Source of the DNA: Nanobdellota archaeon
Lineage (GTDB): Archaea > Nanobdellota > Nanobdellia > Pacearchaeales > GW2011-AR1
Direction of reading: 5' to 3'
DNA length: 64,000 nt
Assembly: GCA_030648155.1 (NCBI GenBank)
Contig: JAUSIK010000013.1
Span: forward strand, 65,924-129,923
Positions 30,223-40,800 of this stretch are shown here, in pieces (the first letter of the stretch is position 1; each line of letters begins with the position of its first letter). The notes beneath the pieces are model-generated. The model was not told the origin of the DNA. It worked only from the letters and a program-made list of their open reading frames with translations, and made no database searches. The position numbers were made by a program, and so were the translations under genes.

Positions 30223-30780
30223 ATGCTAACTTATAATGATTTATATGAATTACTTAGAAAGGAGAAATATTCAGAAACTTTACAACAGATAGATCGGAAT
30301 TTTTTGACTGATTTTTCTGAATATTTAAAAAAATTAAGGGAAGAGACTAAAGGGGAGAGTGATTTATTTTCAAACGGTGCTGCGGATTCTAAGAAACAAC
30401 TCGAAAATTCTATTGCGTTATTTAAAGGAATAATCTTAAGAAGAAAGAAGAAATTACTTCAATTAGTTTTTGTGGCGGCTGAAACTGGAATAATGAAAAG
30501 AGACTATGAAAATATGTTTGATTTTGAGAAAAAGATATTTGATAATTTAGTAAAGGCACTAGAAGAAGGGGATAAAGAACTTTCTTTAATTATGAATGGG
30601 CGACAGGATAGCAAATTAGAATTTAAGATGATCATTTTTAATGAAAATATTGATTCGTTTGCTGATATGGAAGGCAATTTAATCGGGCCATTTATTAAAG
30701 GAGATTTGGTTAATTTAGATTCTAAAGTATGCGACGTTTTGGTTAGTGGGAAAAAGGCAAGTTATGTTGATGAAAATTAA
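30223..30780 (+). CDS. GINS subunit (Gins51-type)
   Basis: LRKEKYSETLQ...RRKKKL; C-terminal GPFIKGDLVNL B-domain. Confidence 0.8.
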   Translation: MLTYNDLYELLRKEKYSETLQQIDRNFLTDFSEYLKKLREETKGESDLFSNGAADSKKQLENSIALFKGIILRRKKKLLQLVFVAAETGIMKRDYENMFDFEKKIFDNLVKALEEGDKELSLIMNGRQDSKLEFKMIIFNENIDSFADMEGNLIGPFIKGDLVNLDSKVCDVLVSGKKASYVDEN

Positions 30781-30785
30781 TAATG

Positions 30786-31088
30786 TTAGCCGTAAAGAAT
30801 TGTACCTATAATTATTAATGCATCTAAAACAATCCAAATTACATAAGCAAATATTATTGGCTTATATTTATGGATAATTCCATAGGAAAGCCAGAAACAG
30901 GCAACAATGAGGTATGATGTCCAGGATATTGCTGATACGCCCGATGCGTTTTTTTCCAGCCAAATATTAAGAAGTTGAGGGAGAGTTATTAGCGGGCTTA
31001 TTATTCCAGCTAGATAGATTAATCTATCTATTAACTTTTTTTCATCTCTTTTTGTTATTTTTAGTTTATGTAATATTGAATGTATCAT
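30786..31088 (-). CDS. SemiSWEET/PQ-loop family protein
   Basis: LPQL motif, three TM helices. Confidence 0.8.
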   Translation of the reverse strand: MIHSILHKLKITKRDEKKLIDRLIYLAGIISPLITLPQLLNIWLEKNASGVSAISWTSYLIVACFWLSYGIIHKYKPIIFAYVIWIVLDALIIIGTILYG

Positions 31089-31279
31089 CTCTTTTTAATT
31101 ACTATAAGAAAAAGGACAATGGAGATTATTATAAATAATGAGGGAAGAATTGAGGTCAACACTAGATTAGTTTTGTCTCCAGGGGAAAGAAGAATTTCCT
31201 TATTTGATGTTAAAAAAAATATTCCTAAGGTGTAAAGAGCAAGGGCTGAAATTGATAGAAATAATTTAGTAGAGTGCAT
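31085..31279 (-). CDS. Small membrane protein
   Basis: Two TM helices; overlaps next gene. Confidence 0.55.
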   Translation of the reverse strand: MHSTKLFLSISALALYTLGIFFLTSNKEILLSPGDKTNLVLTSILPSLFIIISIVLFLIVIKKR

Positions 31280-31303
31280 GTTTTTGTAAATACGGGGAAT
31301 TAT

Positions 31304-31702
31304 TTAAGACTTTTGCTTTTTGAAATTTAATGCTAGGGAGTTCATGCAATATCTTTTTCCAGTTGGATTGGGGCCGTCATCAAAAATATGGCCTAAGTGG
31401 CTTCCGCATTTTTTACAAATAACTTCAACTCTTTTCATAAATAAGGAATCATCTTTTTTTAGTTGGACTGAATTAGGAAGTGCATCATAGAAACTAGGCC
31501 AGCCTGTTCCAGATTCAAATTTTGTTTTCGAGTTGAATAGTGGATTTCCACAGGCTGTGCAGGTATAGACTCCAGTTTCTTTGTTATGAAGCAGAGCTCC
31601 TGTGAATGGGGCTTCTGTTCCTTTTTCTCTAAGTATGTGATATTGTTCTGGGGAAAGTTTTTTCTTGAAGTTTGAGATTGATTGAGGTTTTTTGGATTTC
31701 AT
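31304..31702 (-). CDS. msrB: Methionine-R-sulfoxide reductase MsrB
   Basis: GTEAPFTG, SGTGWPSF, HLGHIFDDGP, RYCMNS. Confidence 0.96.
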   Translation of the reverse strand: MKSKKPQSISNFKKKLSPEQYHILREKGTEAPFTGALLHNKETGVYTCTACGNPLFNSKTKFESGTGWPSFYDALPNSVQLKKDDSLFMKRVEVICKKCGSHLGHIFDDGPNPTGKRYCMNSLALNFKKQKS

Positions 31703-31983
31703 TTTATCATTTCTCCAACACTAGGGATATGCAGTAATATAAATTCTCTAATTTCTTTTTTAAATTCAGGATTCAATGATATTCCAGTAAAATTTGACTT
31801 TTTATATATTAATATCCAGTTCAATTTAGAAAGTTGTTTTAGAGATTCATTAAGATTTTGAAATCTTTTGAAATGTTCTGTTCGGTCATATTTTGCCCCC
31901 CAGTTTTCTTTCCTGGCTAACTTAAACATTATTTCGGCTTTCTCTTTTTCTAAAGTAAGATTCATTTTTATGTAATAATTCAT
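31699..31983 (-). CDS. Hypothetical protein
   Basis: ATGA overlap with msrB. Confidence 0.55.
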   Translation of the reverse strand: MNYYIKMNLTLEKEKAEIMFKLARKENWGAKYDRTEHFKRFQNLNESLKQLSKLNWILIYKKSNFTGISLNPEFKKEIREFILLHIPSVGEMIK

Positions 31984-32063
31984 TTTTATATAAATGTTTC
32001 TATTTTTGATATATCTCTATTATGAATAGTAATATTTATAAAGGGGCATAATTTAATCATATT

Positions 32064-32402
32064 ATGAAAATTAAAGAGAATAAGTCTTTATTTTTGAAAC
32101 AATTTGGAGATACTCCTCAATTGAGAGTTTTAGACTTTTTTATAGATAATCATTTTTTTGATTTTCCTCTAACGGAAATAGCTAGAGAAAGTAATGTAAG
32201 CTATAATTCATTAAAGTTGATATTACCTCAATTTATTAAGAACGGTATTGTTTACAAAACTAGAAGAATTGGAAAGTCCGATTATTATAAATTAAATTTG
32301 GAAAACCTTATTGTAAAAAATTTGATGAAACTTGATTGGATGCTTGTAGAAAGAAGTATGGAAAATATTGGAAATAAAGAGAAAAAAGTTATTCTATCTT
32401 AA
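32064..32402 (+). CDS. Winged-helix DNA-binding protein
   Basis: RVLDFF...LTEIARESNVS...TRRIGKSDYYKLN. Confidence 0.75.
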   Translation: MKIKENKSLFLKQFGDTPQLRVLDFFIDNHFFDFPLTEIARESNVSYNSLKLILPQFIKNGIVYKTRRIGKSDYYKLNLENLIVKNLMKLDWMLVERSMENIGNKEKKVILS

Positions 32403-32509
32403 TTATTTAGATATAAATTTCTATTGGATCAATTTTTAATAAAGATCATTGAGACATCCTATAGGATTGGCAAGATATGGTTTAAATAGTTCTTTGATTA
32501 TTTTTATTT

Positions 32510-32947
32510 ATGAGATACGACGGTATAGAGATTATAGGTTCTGGGAAATTTTCAGAGAAAACTGTAGATGCACTTGAATGGATTAAGAGTAAGAGCAAGA
32601 AAGATTATGAAAAAGTTAGGAAATATTTGAAGGTTATAAAGCAGTCATCTCGGTCTTTAATGTTATTAAAGACGGCACAGTTTAATGTTAATATTCGTTC
32701 CGCTTACCATGGAGTTGAATGGTATGCTGGGATTATTGTACATGATGTACATCACTACTATTTGCATGCTATAAAAGGGTTTAAATGGGAACCTAAAACA
32801 TTTGCTAAACATGAATATTTGTGTTTTGATGAACAATTGAAATTTTTAAGGAAAATTAAGGCTCCTCAATGGCTGATAGATCACGTTGAAAAGTCTTACA
32901 AAGCTGGACATTGGAGACCTTCAGCTAGAAAAAAGCAAAATTGGTGA
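32510..32947 (+). CDS. Hypothetical zincin-like protein (HDxxH variant)
   Basis: IIVHDVHH followed by HEYLC. Confidence 0.5.
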   Translation: MRYDGIEIIGSGKFSEKTVDALEWIKSKSKKDYEKVRKYLKVIKQSSRSLMLLKTAQFNVNIRSAYHGVEWYAGIIVHDVHHYYLHAIKGFKWEPKTFAKHEYLCFDEQLKFLRKIKAPQWLIDHVEKSYKAGHWRPSARKKQNW

Positions 32948-32956
32948 AGGTTCAAG

Positions 32957-33120
32957 AAAAGCCTCAAGAGGGATTTGAAATACAAACTTTTTAGAAAAAA
33001 GTTTCTATGAGTTCAAAAACTTAGAAGGCTATTGATTCTCAATAGTTGTCTAGCGCATGCACAATTCCTTAAGAATTGATTGGAATTTTCAATTCCAAAA
33101 AGCCTCAAGAGGGATTTGAA
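32957..33120. mobile_element. Non-coding element at tRNA-Thr 3' end with 23-bp flanking duplication
   Basis: AAAAGCCTCAAGAGGGATTTGAA at 32957 and 33098; core 32976-33055 identical to 43852-43931. Confidence 0.75.
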
Positions 33121-33190
33121 CCCCCGACCCTTAGTTCGTTTGGATTTCTTCTCATACAAAACTAATGCTCTACCACTGAGCTATTGAGGC
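33101..33190 (-). tRNA. tRNA-Thr(TGT) with 18-nt intron at 37/38
   Basis: GCCTCAA/TTGAGGC acceptor; TTAGT-TTTGTA[intron]A-ACTAA; bulge-helix-bulge with TTTG/CAAA helix. Confidence 0.88.
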
Positions 33191-33287
33191 ATATAAAGAT
33201 TAGATTTTGAAGAGTTTATAAGATTTTGGTTTTGTTTTTGAGCTGATTTTTATCCTTAATTTTTTGCAGATAGAAAGGTTTAAGTAT

Positions 33288-33309
33288 TATTACGTATAAT
33301 TACGTAATA
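33288..33309. promoter_or_regulatory. 22-bp palindromic operator ending at start codon
   Basis: TATTACGTA-TAAT-TACGTAATA downstream of TTTAAGTA box. Confidence 0.6.
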
Positions 33310-34112
33310 TGGTAGTTATAAGCAGAGTCAGCAGGGGGAGCAAAATGGATCAGATATATCTGCCTAGAAATAGAGAGGGCTTGAATGCAGGAGATTATGT
33401 CGTAGTTGAAGCCTTAGAAGAGGAAATTGGCAGAGAGAAGAAAAATGGAAAAGTAAATGAGAGGCTTTTCTTTTATGGTGTTAAGGACTTAGAGCCAATA
33501 AAATTAGAGATAATTAAAAAAGTTATGAAAATTTTGATGGATAAAAGGGCGTTTATATATAATAATATTATTATTACAGGGTCTTTTTTGAATAAGGGAT
33601 TTAATTTTAAAGATATAGATTTAATTATTGTGGGTGATAAAATTAATGGGAAATATTTGAAAGGAATTCTAGAAGAAAAAACAGGCATTGAATTTCATAT
33701 TAATGGAATAAAGAATAAGGATTTGATAGCTGGGCTGGAAAGTGATCCATTATATGAAATGATGCTAAATAAGTGCATTTCAAAGAAGAGATTTGTTTAT
33801 AGGACAAAGAGAAAAATAGACTATAAAATTTTGGATTTGCATTTATTAAAAAGCAAGGCCTTAATAGATAATTTTGATATATTAAATGGGGGAGAAAAAT
33901 ATTATTTGGTGAGAAATGCTATGGCAATATATCTTTTTATCAAAGGGAAAAAAATTAGCAAAGAGAGTGTAGACACAGAAGTGAAAAAAATATTTGGAGT
34001 AAATATTGATAAAATTAAAGACAACTTGCTAGATAGGGATGATTTTATAAGAAAGTATAATTCTTTTTATGATAAGGTATTTGATTTAATTATAAGGGGC
34101 GGTAGGAAATAG
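33309..34112 (+). CDS. AbrB-like + nucleotidyltransferase-domain protein
   Basis: N-terminal QIYLP..EGLNAGDYVVV; ITGSFL...KDIDLII. Confidence 0.75.
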   Translation: MVVISRVSRGSKMDQIYLPRNREGLNAGDYVVVEALEEEIGREKKNGKVNERLFFYGVKDLEPIKLEIIKKVMKILMDKRAFIYNNIIITGSFLNKGFNFKDIDLIIVGDKINGKYLKGILEEKTGIEFHINGIKNKDLIAGLESDPLYEMMLNKCISKKRFVYRTKRKIDYKILDLHLLKSKALIDNFDILNGGEKYYLVRNAMAIYLFIKGKKISKESVDTEVKKIFGVNIDKIKDNLLDRDDFIRKYNSFYDKVFDLIIRGGRK

Positions 34113-34447
34113 TGCATAATAGAAATAAATTAATTGATATTCTTATAAGTAACATCTCTAATGCAGTTGTTCATAGAATTCTTGAGAAAGCTACTCTAAA
34201 TCCAGAAATTGTGGATTGGTATAGAAAGGAAATGATAAATAGTTTTCAAATCGCAAAAAAATATAGGGATATGATTAATCCTAAAGAAAAATTACCTGAA
34301 AAAAATATTGCCTATATTAGAGATAAAATTCTTCGAAAAGTTAAGGGGGAATTATTAATTAGGGTCAATAAGGGATACGAAAACATTGATTTAGATAAGG
34401 TTGAGGAAGAAATTGATCAAGTTTTAGAAGAGATGAAAGTAATTTAA
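34112..34447 (+). CDS. Small helical partner protein
   Basis: Coupled to upstream MNT gene. Confidence 0.65.
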   Translation: MHNRNKLIDILISNISNAVVHRILEKATLNPEIVDWYRKEMINSFQIAKKYRDMINPKEKLPEKNIAYIRDKILRKVKGELLIRVNKGYENIDLDKVEEEIDQVLEEMKVI

Positions 34448-34647
34448 AAATTAAGAAAAGTAAAGTAAACCTCTTAATTTTTTTACAAATGTAAAAATTA
34501 AAAAGATATGTAAAAAACATAAAATCAAATTATTAATAATATAGGGATAATGGGGAGATGGTTGTAGGACAAGGGGAGGGGCAAGTTATTAACTGTATTT
34601 AGCAAATTAAGAAATTTTAAATAGGGTTATTTACTGGGGTTAGAAAG

Positions 34648-34718
34648 GGTCTCATCGTCTAGTGGTAGGACATATCTTTGACGTGGATAGGGCGGCAGTT
34701 CGATTCTGCCTGGGACCA
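34648..34718 (+). tRNA. tRNA-Val(GAC)
   Basis: GGTCTCA/TGGGACC acceptor; TATCT-TTGACGT-GGATA; TTCGATT T-loop. Confidence 0.9.
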
Positions 34719-34756
34719 TAGGAAATATTTATATACTGGAATATATATTTTATGAT

Positions 34757-35233
34757 ATGGATATTACAAAAGGAGGTGTAACTTTTGTTAGTGTTTTTCT
34801 TTTAAGTATAACTTTTGTTAGTGCTTTACATAGCGATATTTCTAGTTTTGAGGCAAATATATTAGGAGAACCGGAACCAGTTGTAAGTATTTCAGTACCT
34901 GATAGCGTATTTTTTGGAGATTTAGAAAAGGGAAAACGATCTGATGAAATTAGAATTAATATTACTAATACTGGTACTGTTGGGGTTTTTATAACTCCTC
35001 AATTAGTTGATACATCTGAAAAAATATTTAATTACACTTATTTTGCAAGAAGAACCACTAATCCTTTTGAAAGAATTGGAAACTTTACATTTAATATAAC
35101 TGCTCCTGCGAGGGGAGAGGTTGAAAAAGAATTTATATATGCTAGATTAGATTTAATAAGTTTTACAGGCAATATAAATAATGATATTCCTGGACACAAA
35201 GCAGATGTTAGATTTTTTGCAGTGGCCATGTAA
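34757..35233 (+). CDS. Secreted beta-rich surface protein
   Basis: Signal peptide ending VSA; INITNTG. Confidence 0.65.
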   Translation: MDITKGGVTFVSVFLLSITFVSALHSDISSFEANILGEPEPVVSISVPDSVFFGDLEKGKRSDEIRINITNTGTVGVFITPQLVDTSEKIFNYTYFARRTTNPFERIGNFTFNITAPARGEVEKEFIYARLDLISFTGNINNDIPGHKADVRFFAVAM

Positions 35234-35762
35234 GTCATGTTTATTATTGATTATAGGATTGTTTTTGATAACCAGCTGTAGCGGGTTAGAACTGGGAGTA
35301 TCTCCTCCAGAGATAGTTTTTTCAGGGAAACAAGGAGACACTATATGCAAAGAAATAAAGATTTTTAGTGATAAAAGTGTTAATTTAGTTTTAAATGACT
35401 CCTGGAGTGAAAAGAAACTTATTTCAAGAAATATTAATGACTATAATTATAATAATAAAAAATTTGGAATAACTGCAGATTATCATAAAAGGGCTTTTGT
35501 TGATGGAAAATATGCGTCTATTATATGTTTAAGCGGAGAAAATTCTGGAAGATATTATGGATTGTTAAAAGTTAATTCTGAAAATGGCAATGTAGGCTTA
35601 GGAACTTGGCTGGTTCTAAACTTGAGTGAATCTGGAAAGAGGTTAAGCCCTATATCTAAAAGAGCTACAGATACAAAGCAATTTAATTTTTTAATTTATT
35701 TGAATATATTCTTGTTGATTATTATTGCAGTATTGATAACTTTTCACTTAGTTACTAAGTAA
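35181..35762 (+). CDS. Secreted Ig-like protein with C-terminal TM anchor
   Basis: Signal peptide, GVSPP motif, C-terminal hydrophobic helix; start uncertain. Confidence 0.6.
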   Translation: MIFLDTKQMLDFLQWPCKSCLLLIIGLFLITSCSGLELGVSPPEIVFSGKQGDTICKEIKIFSDKSVNLVLNDSWSEKKLISRNINDYNYNNKKFGITADYHKRAFVDGKYASIICLSGENSGRYYGLLKVNSENGNVGLGTWLVLNLSESGKRLSPISKRATDTKQFNFLIYLNIFLLIIIAVLITFHLVTK

Positions 35763-35783
35763 GTTAGTAAGTTAGTTAATAAG
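35747..35783. promoter_or_regulatory. Short tandem repeat (TAAGTTAG), putative operator
   Basis: TTAGTTACTAAGTAAGTTAGTAAGTTAGTTAATAAG just upstream of TTTTTATA box. Confidence 0.4.
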
Positions 35784-35831
35784 AAAGGTTTTTATAGTAT
35801 TTTTACCAATAGAATTAAGGAAAAAGAGGGA

Positions 35832-35972
35832 ATGAAGAAATATTTACTTTTAATAGAGGATGAGCATTTGTGGGATGAGTTTAAAAAAGTTCTAAATAAA
35901 GATATTAACAGCGAGATTCTTGAATTAATAAAAGAAAGAATTAAAACAAAAGGGGGAAGAAGAGAAAAATGA
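35832..35972 (+). CDS. 46-aa ribbon-helix-helix-like protein (not in ORF track)
   Basis: MKKYLLLIEDEHLWDEFKKVLNKDINSEILELIKERIK...; GAGGG RBS; ATGA overlap with next gene. Confidence 0.65.
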   Translation: MKKYLLLIEDEHLWDEFKKVLNKDINSEILELIKERIKTKGGRREK

Positions 35973-37828
35973 TTTTTGAAAAAAAAGGGCAGATGACTAT
36001 ATTTGTTATTATGGCTATAGTATTGGCTGCAGGAATTATAACCTATTTTGTCGTTCGTGGAAACTTGGGAAATAATAATGTTCCTAGCGAACTAGAGCCT
36101 GTTTTTAATTATTATAAAGAATGCATAAGGCAGGAAACTAGAAATGGGGCAAGTTTGGCTGGAAGCCAGGGGGGATATATTGATGTCCCAGCTTACAAAC
36201 CTGGAACTGAATTTGCTCCTTTTTCATCTGAATTAAACTTTTTGGGTTTTCCAGTTCCTTATTGGTATTATGTATCTGGGAATGGACTAATAAAAGAGCA
36301 AATGCCGAGTAAAGCAGATATTTCTATTGAAATTGGAGAGTATGTTGGAGAGGAATTAGAAAGATGCGACTTTACTCCTTTTATTGCACAGGGATATAGC
36401 ATTGAGGTTGACGAGGCTGATGTTAAAGTGGATATTGAAAATACAAAATTGAGGGCAAGAGTGATTTCTGAAATGACCGTCTCAAAAGGAGAGGCATATG
36501 CTAGAATTAGCGAGCATAATATTGAAATAAATAGTAAACTAGGAAAATTTTATGATATTGCAAGAAAAATTTATGAAAAACAAAGAGCCGATGCAGTTTT
36601 TGAAACTTATGCAATAGATGTTTTAAGATTATACACTCCTGTAGATGGGGTTGAAATAAGCTGTTCTGGAAAAGTTTGGAAAACAAATGATGTGATACAA
36701 GAATTAAAATCAGGACTTGAAGCGAATATTGGTGCTTTGAAATTTAAGGGCGACTATTATAATCTTATTAACAAAAAAGGAGAATATTATGTAATTGATG
36801 CAGGTGAAGATATAGATGAGAATATTAACTTGATATATTCTAGAGAAATGCCTTCTAAAGTAGAAATAGTTGGAGAGGGAGTCGATGATGATTTAATGAT
36901 AGCTTCACCAGTAGGAATACAAGAGGGATTAGGCATCCTTGGATTTTGTTATGCTCCTTATCATTTTGTTTATGATGCCAGTTTTCCAATTATGGTGCAG
37001 ATATATAATAATGAAGAAATATTCCAGTTTCCTGTAGTGGTTATTATTGATAATAATGTTGCAAGAGAGGGAGTATTTTCAGAATTGGAGCAGGATAGTG
37101 AGGAGTTTGATTTGTGCGAGTTTATGAACCAGGATATTGAAGTAAATATTTATGATGTGAATTTAGAAAGAGCAAATGCTAATATTTCTTACCAATGCTT
37201 TAATCAGCGATGCAGACTCGGAGAAAGTAAAGATGGAAACTTTGCAGGAAAGGCTCCATCATGTTTAAATGGAGAGATTTTACTAAGGGCAGATGGATTT
37301 AGTGATAAGAGTGAAGAGTTTTCAACAAATAAAGAAAAAAATATTGATATTATACTTGAAAGGGAGTATAATGTTAAACTTGACTTAAATGTTGGAGGGA
37401 AAAAACTTGATGGAACTGCAATAATTTCCTTTACTGATTCAAATGGAGAAAGCAAAAGTACGTTATTGCCTGATTCTCCAGAGATTAAATTGAGCGAGGG
37501 CGAATACGAGATAAAAATTTATGTTTATGGAAATTCAAGCATAACTATTCCTTCAAGCAAACGAACACAATGCCAAGATGTTCCTCGATCTGGAATAATG
37601 GGCTTTTTTGGAGGGACCAAAGAACAATGCTTCGATATATCAATACCTGAAACTAAAATAGAATATGCATTAAGGGGAGGGGGCACGTCTAAGGAATATA
37701 TCCTTGCTGATTATTTAGAAACTGGAAATATTGAGATAAATGTTGATGAACTTCCTTTACCTAAATCATTAGAAGAATTACAATATAATTACGCTTCCTT
37801 TGAAGGGATGAGGGTGACAATTATATGA
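35969..37828 (+). CDS. Large surface protein with class III (prepilin-like) signal peptide
   Basis: KKGQ-MTIFVIMAIVL N-terminus; paired cysteines. Confidence 0.7.
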   Translation: MIFEKKGQMTIFVIMAIVLAAGIITYFVVRGNLGNNNVPSELEPVFNYYKECIRQETRNGASLAGSQGGYIDVPAYKPGTEFAPFSSELNFLGFPVPYWYYVSGNGLIKEQMPSKADISIEIGEYVGEELERCDFTPFIAQGYSIEVDEADVKVDIENTKLRARVISEMTVSKGEAYARISEHNIEINSKLGKFYDIARKIYEKQRADAVFETYAIDVLRLYTPVDGVEISCSGKVWKTNDVIQELKSGLEANIGALKFKGDYYNLINKKGEYYVIDAGEDIDENINLIYSREMPSKVEIVGEGVDDDLMIASPVGIQEGLGILGFCYAPYHFVYDASFPIMVQIYNNEEIFQFPVVVIIDNNVAREGVFSELEQDSEEFDLCEFMNQDIEVNIYDVNLERANANISYQCFNQRCRLGESKDGNFAGKAPSCLNGEILLRADGFSDKSEEFSTNKEKNIDIILEREYNVKLDLNVGGKKLDGTAIISFTDSNGESKSTLLPDSPEIKLSEGEYEIKIYVYGNSSITIPSSKRTQCQDVPRSGIMGFFGGTKEQCFDISIPETKIEYALRGGGTSKEYILADYLETGNIEINVDELPLPKSLEELQYNYASFEGMRVTII

Positions 37829-40800
37829 GAAAAGAAATATTACTAGGGATTGTAATTTTGTTTGTTTTAGTGGTTGGAGTAGAAGCTCAAGTAGGGGGGA
37901 GTTTTTCACAATCAGTCACATATCAACATAGGGCAAGCTATCAGGCAATTTATGGGCCTGAAGATAGACTAAATACATACTGGCCTATACTGGGGGATAA
38001 AGAAACTTGCCAGGCAAGACAGGACTTTATACTACAAATTTCTCCTGCTGGATGCCAGCCTGCTGTAGTGAGGTCTGATCTATTAGCTGAACAAAATGTT
38101 CCTGTATTTTGCCAGATAGATGCATTACAAATAAACCCTTTAATTGATGTTGATAAAATTAGAAGCCTTAGATTTACTGGGAAATATCCACAAGAGATTT
38201 TAGGCGCAGGATTTCATCCTGCTAGAGCTGCATTAAGAACTAGGGACAAATTACTAGGAAGTCCATTAATAAATAATATAGGGTATGTCGTGGTAGTTTT
38301 GAAGAAAAACCCTGTTGAAAAAAATGTTCCTGACTTTGTTAATGTAACTTTATCTGCTCAAATTGATTACGAGGCAGGAAACGCTTTTGGTATTGGGAAG
38401 GCAGAATTTATTTTAGAACCAGTTAGTGATTATGAATGGGAAACGCAAAAATTCAAACAGAGTTTTTGGAATGGAAGATATTTTGTTAGACTAGAACAAG
38501 TTGATCCTAATTTTGTTGTTGTTTCTTTATTTAGCGGTGAACGAAAAATATCTACAACTAGAGTTGGAAGAGGCGAAACTAGCAGTTCTATTTGGGTTCC
38601 TGGAGTTTATTGCAGGGCTGGAGTTAAAGTCACTTATGATGGATTGGTTGCTGCCGAAAATAAGGCAACGATTTCAATAAGTGATGATAAAGGAACCGAT
38701 ATTTTAGATGTTTATGATGGAAGCAGATTTTTAAATGATAAGTGTAGTGTAGATAAAATTGAAATATATGATGAAAAAAGTAGTTCTACTGTTAAGGCAG
38801 GAAATGTAAGCATTAGATGCAGTGACGGACAGAGATTAGAGCTTAAATTAGGAGATGTTTTGAAAGAAGATAAATGGCATTTATCTGAAAAATATGATCC
38901 TACTAAAAGAATAGATGTATTTTTAGATTTAGGAAAGAAAATAAAAAGCGGAATTTATTTCAAAGATGCTAAAGTTTATTTGGAATATATTGAAAATGAT
39001 GTTAATTTTGATGGGCCTTTATTTGTACTTGAAATAGGAGAGGTAAGAAATAATGTGGTTTATATGGATGCGATAAAGTTTGGGGATGCAATTAAAGATG
39101 TTAATTTGAATGTTATTAATGAGGTTAAAAATTCTTTCGAATTGTTAGATGGGGCTAAGATTGTAAATGAGGAGTTGAAATTGGATGCCTATAATATTAA
39201 CAGCAATATTGATGAGTTAAATTTAGGCGATGAAAATGAGAATAAGCTTAGAGAGGCTATTTCTGCTTTTAGAAATGTAAGCGATCAATATCCTGCCGAG
39301 AGAGACAGCAATTCTAAAGATGGAGAAAGCTGGGGAGAAAGGGCACTTAAGAAGGCGATTGATTTAGCTTCATTGGCTGGAAAGGAAAAGATAAGGGCAG
39401 ATTTAATTAAAGAATTTGTTGATAGGTATCCTGATTCAAATTTTGCTGATAGTTATAGATATGAATATAATCAGATAGTCAGCACTGATTTTTCAAGAGC
39501 AGGTGGGGTAATAAATATAGACCAGCGGTTTTACAATGTTAGATTGGTTGATTTGGAAATACCAAGAAAACAATCTAGTGCTGATTTTGCTTTGACTGGC
39601 GTGGAATCTGGAAATGTTAAAGTAAATTTAAATGAACTAAAAAATATTATAGATAGAGGGGTAGGGTCGATTGATAGCATAAGATTAGATAAAATACATG
39701 ATGAAGAAAATGTTAAGGCTAGTATAAATTGCAGAGTTGAAAAGAGCGGGGGAGGTTATGGTTTGAAGTCAGAATCTTATAATTTGAAATTAAATGATGA
39801 GGCTACTAAGGTTTGCGATAAGGCATTCATTAAATTGAGAGATACACATATTGAACAGATTGCAAAAGTAAGATTAATACCTGAAGCACAAGGGACTAGA
39901 ACAGAGACAAATTTAACCGTAAATATTGGAATTGAAAAGAGAGCTATAAAATTATCACCTGATAAAACTAGCGAGATGATTGAAAATCTTAATGAAAGTA
40001 TTAAAAAGTGGGAGAATATAAATGAAAAATTAGGAAAGGTTGTAAGTGGATTGAAGGGTGCTTGTTTCGCAACTGCAGGCGTATTGACTGTGAAGAATTT
40101 CATAAGCGGAATAGGTGGAGAGGCACTCGCAAGGCAAAAAGTGATGGTAGGATGGACAAAAGAGTGCAGTGATTTGGTTAATGCTAATCCGCCAAAATAT
40201 CCAACATTAAATGCTTGTTATTTAGCAAAGAGTGATGAGATTAATAAAGATGTAAGCTCTGCAAATGAAGCAATAAATCAGATTAATACTAGAATTGAAG
40301 GGATTGAAAGAAATTATGTTGAAAGCAGTTCTATAGGCGGAACGGATATCAATAGGGGGAAGGCGGCGGTTGCTTACTGCAACGATTTAAAGACGAGATA
40401 TGGAACAAGAGATGTTAAAATTAAAGAAGGGGCTAATGAAAGAACTCTAAAATTTAGTGAAGTATTAGGAGATTGTGAACAAGGATATAATAATCAGGGG
40501 CTTTATGGATACAATGAGTTGAGAGAGATAGAATATAATTTGATAATGAAAGATAGGGCTTCTTCAGTTAATGTTAAAGATAGTTCAAATAGATTATTAC
40601 AAGGAAGTTATGACCAGATTTATGAAAATAGACATCGTTATGAGGAAGTTGAGAAGGCTAAAGCGACAAAGACTCTAGGATTACCTTCTGTTCCGATTGC
40701 ACCTACTAGTAGTATTAGAAAGAATGTTGTTGGAGAGGTTGTGAGTGTGGGAGGAGTTTCTTCTGATGTTAAAATTGATAAATTAGATAAGGAAAAAAAT

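Noticed and set aside
33136-33153. Insertion in tRNA-Thr anticodon loop
   Set aside because: Canonical archaeal 37/38 intron with bulge-helix-bulge; not novel.
34779-34825. Short direct repeat TAACTTTTGTTAGTG
   Set aside because: Small in-frame duplication within a signal peptide.
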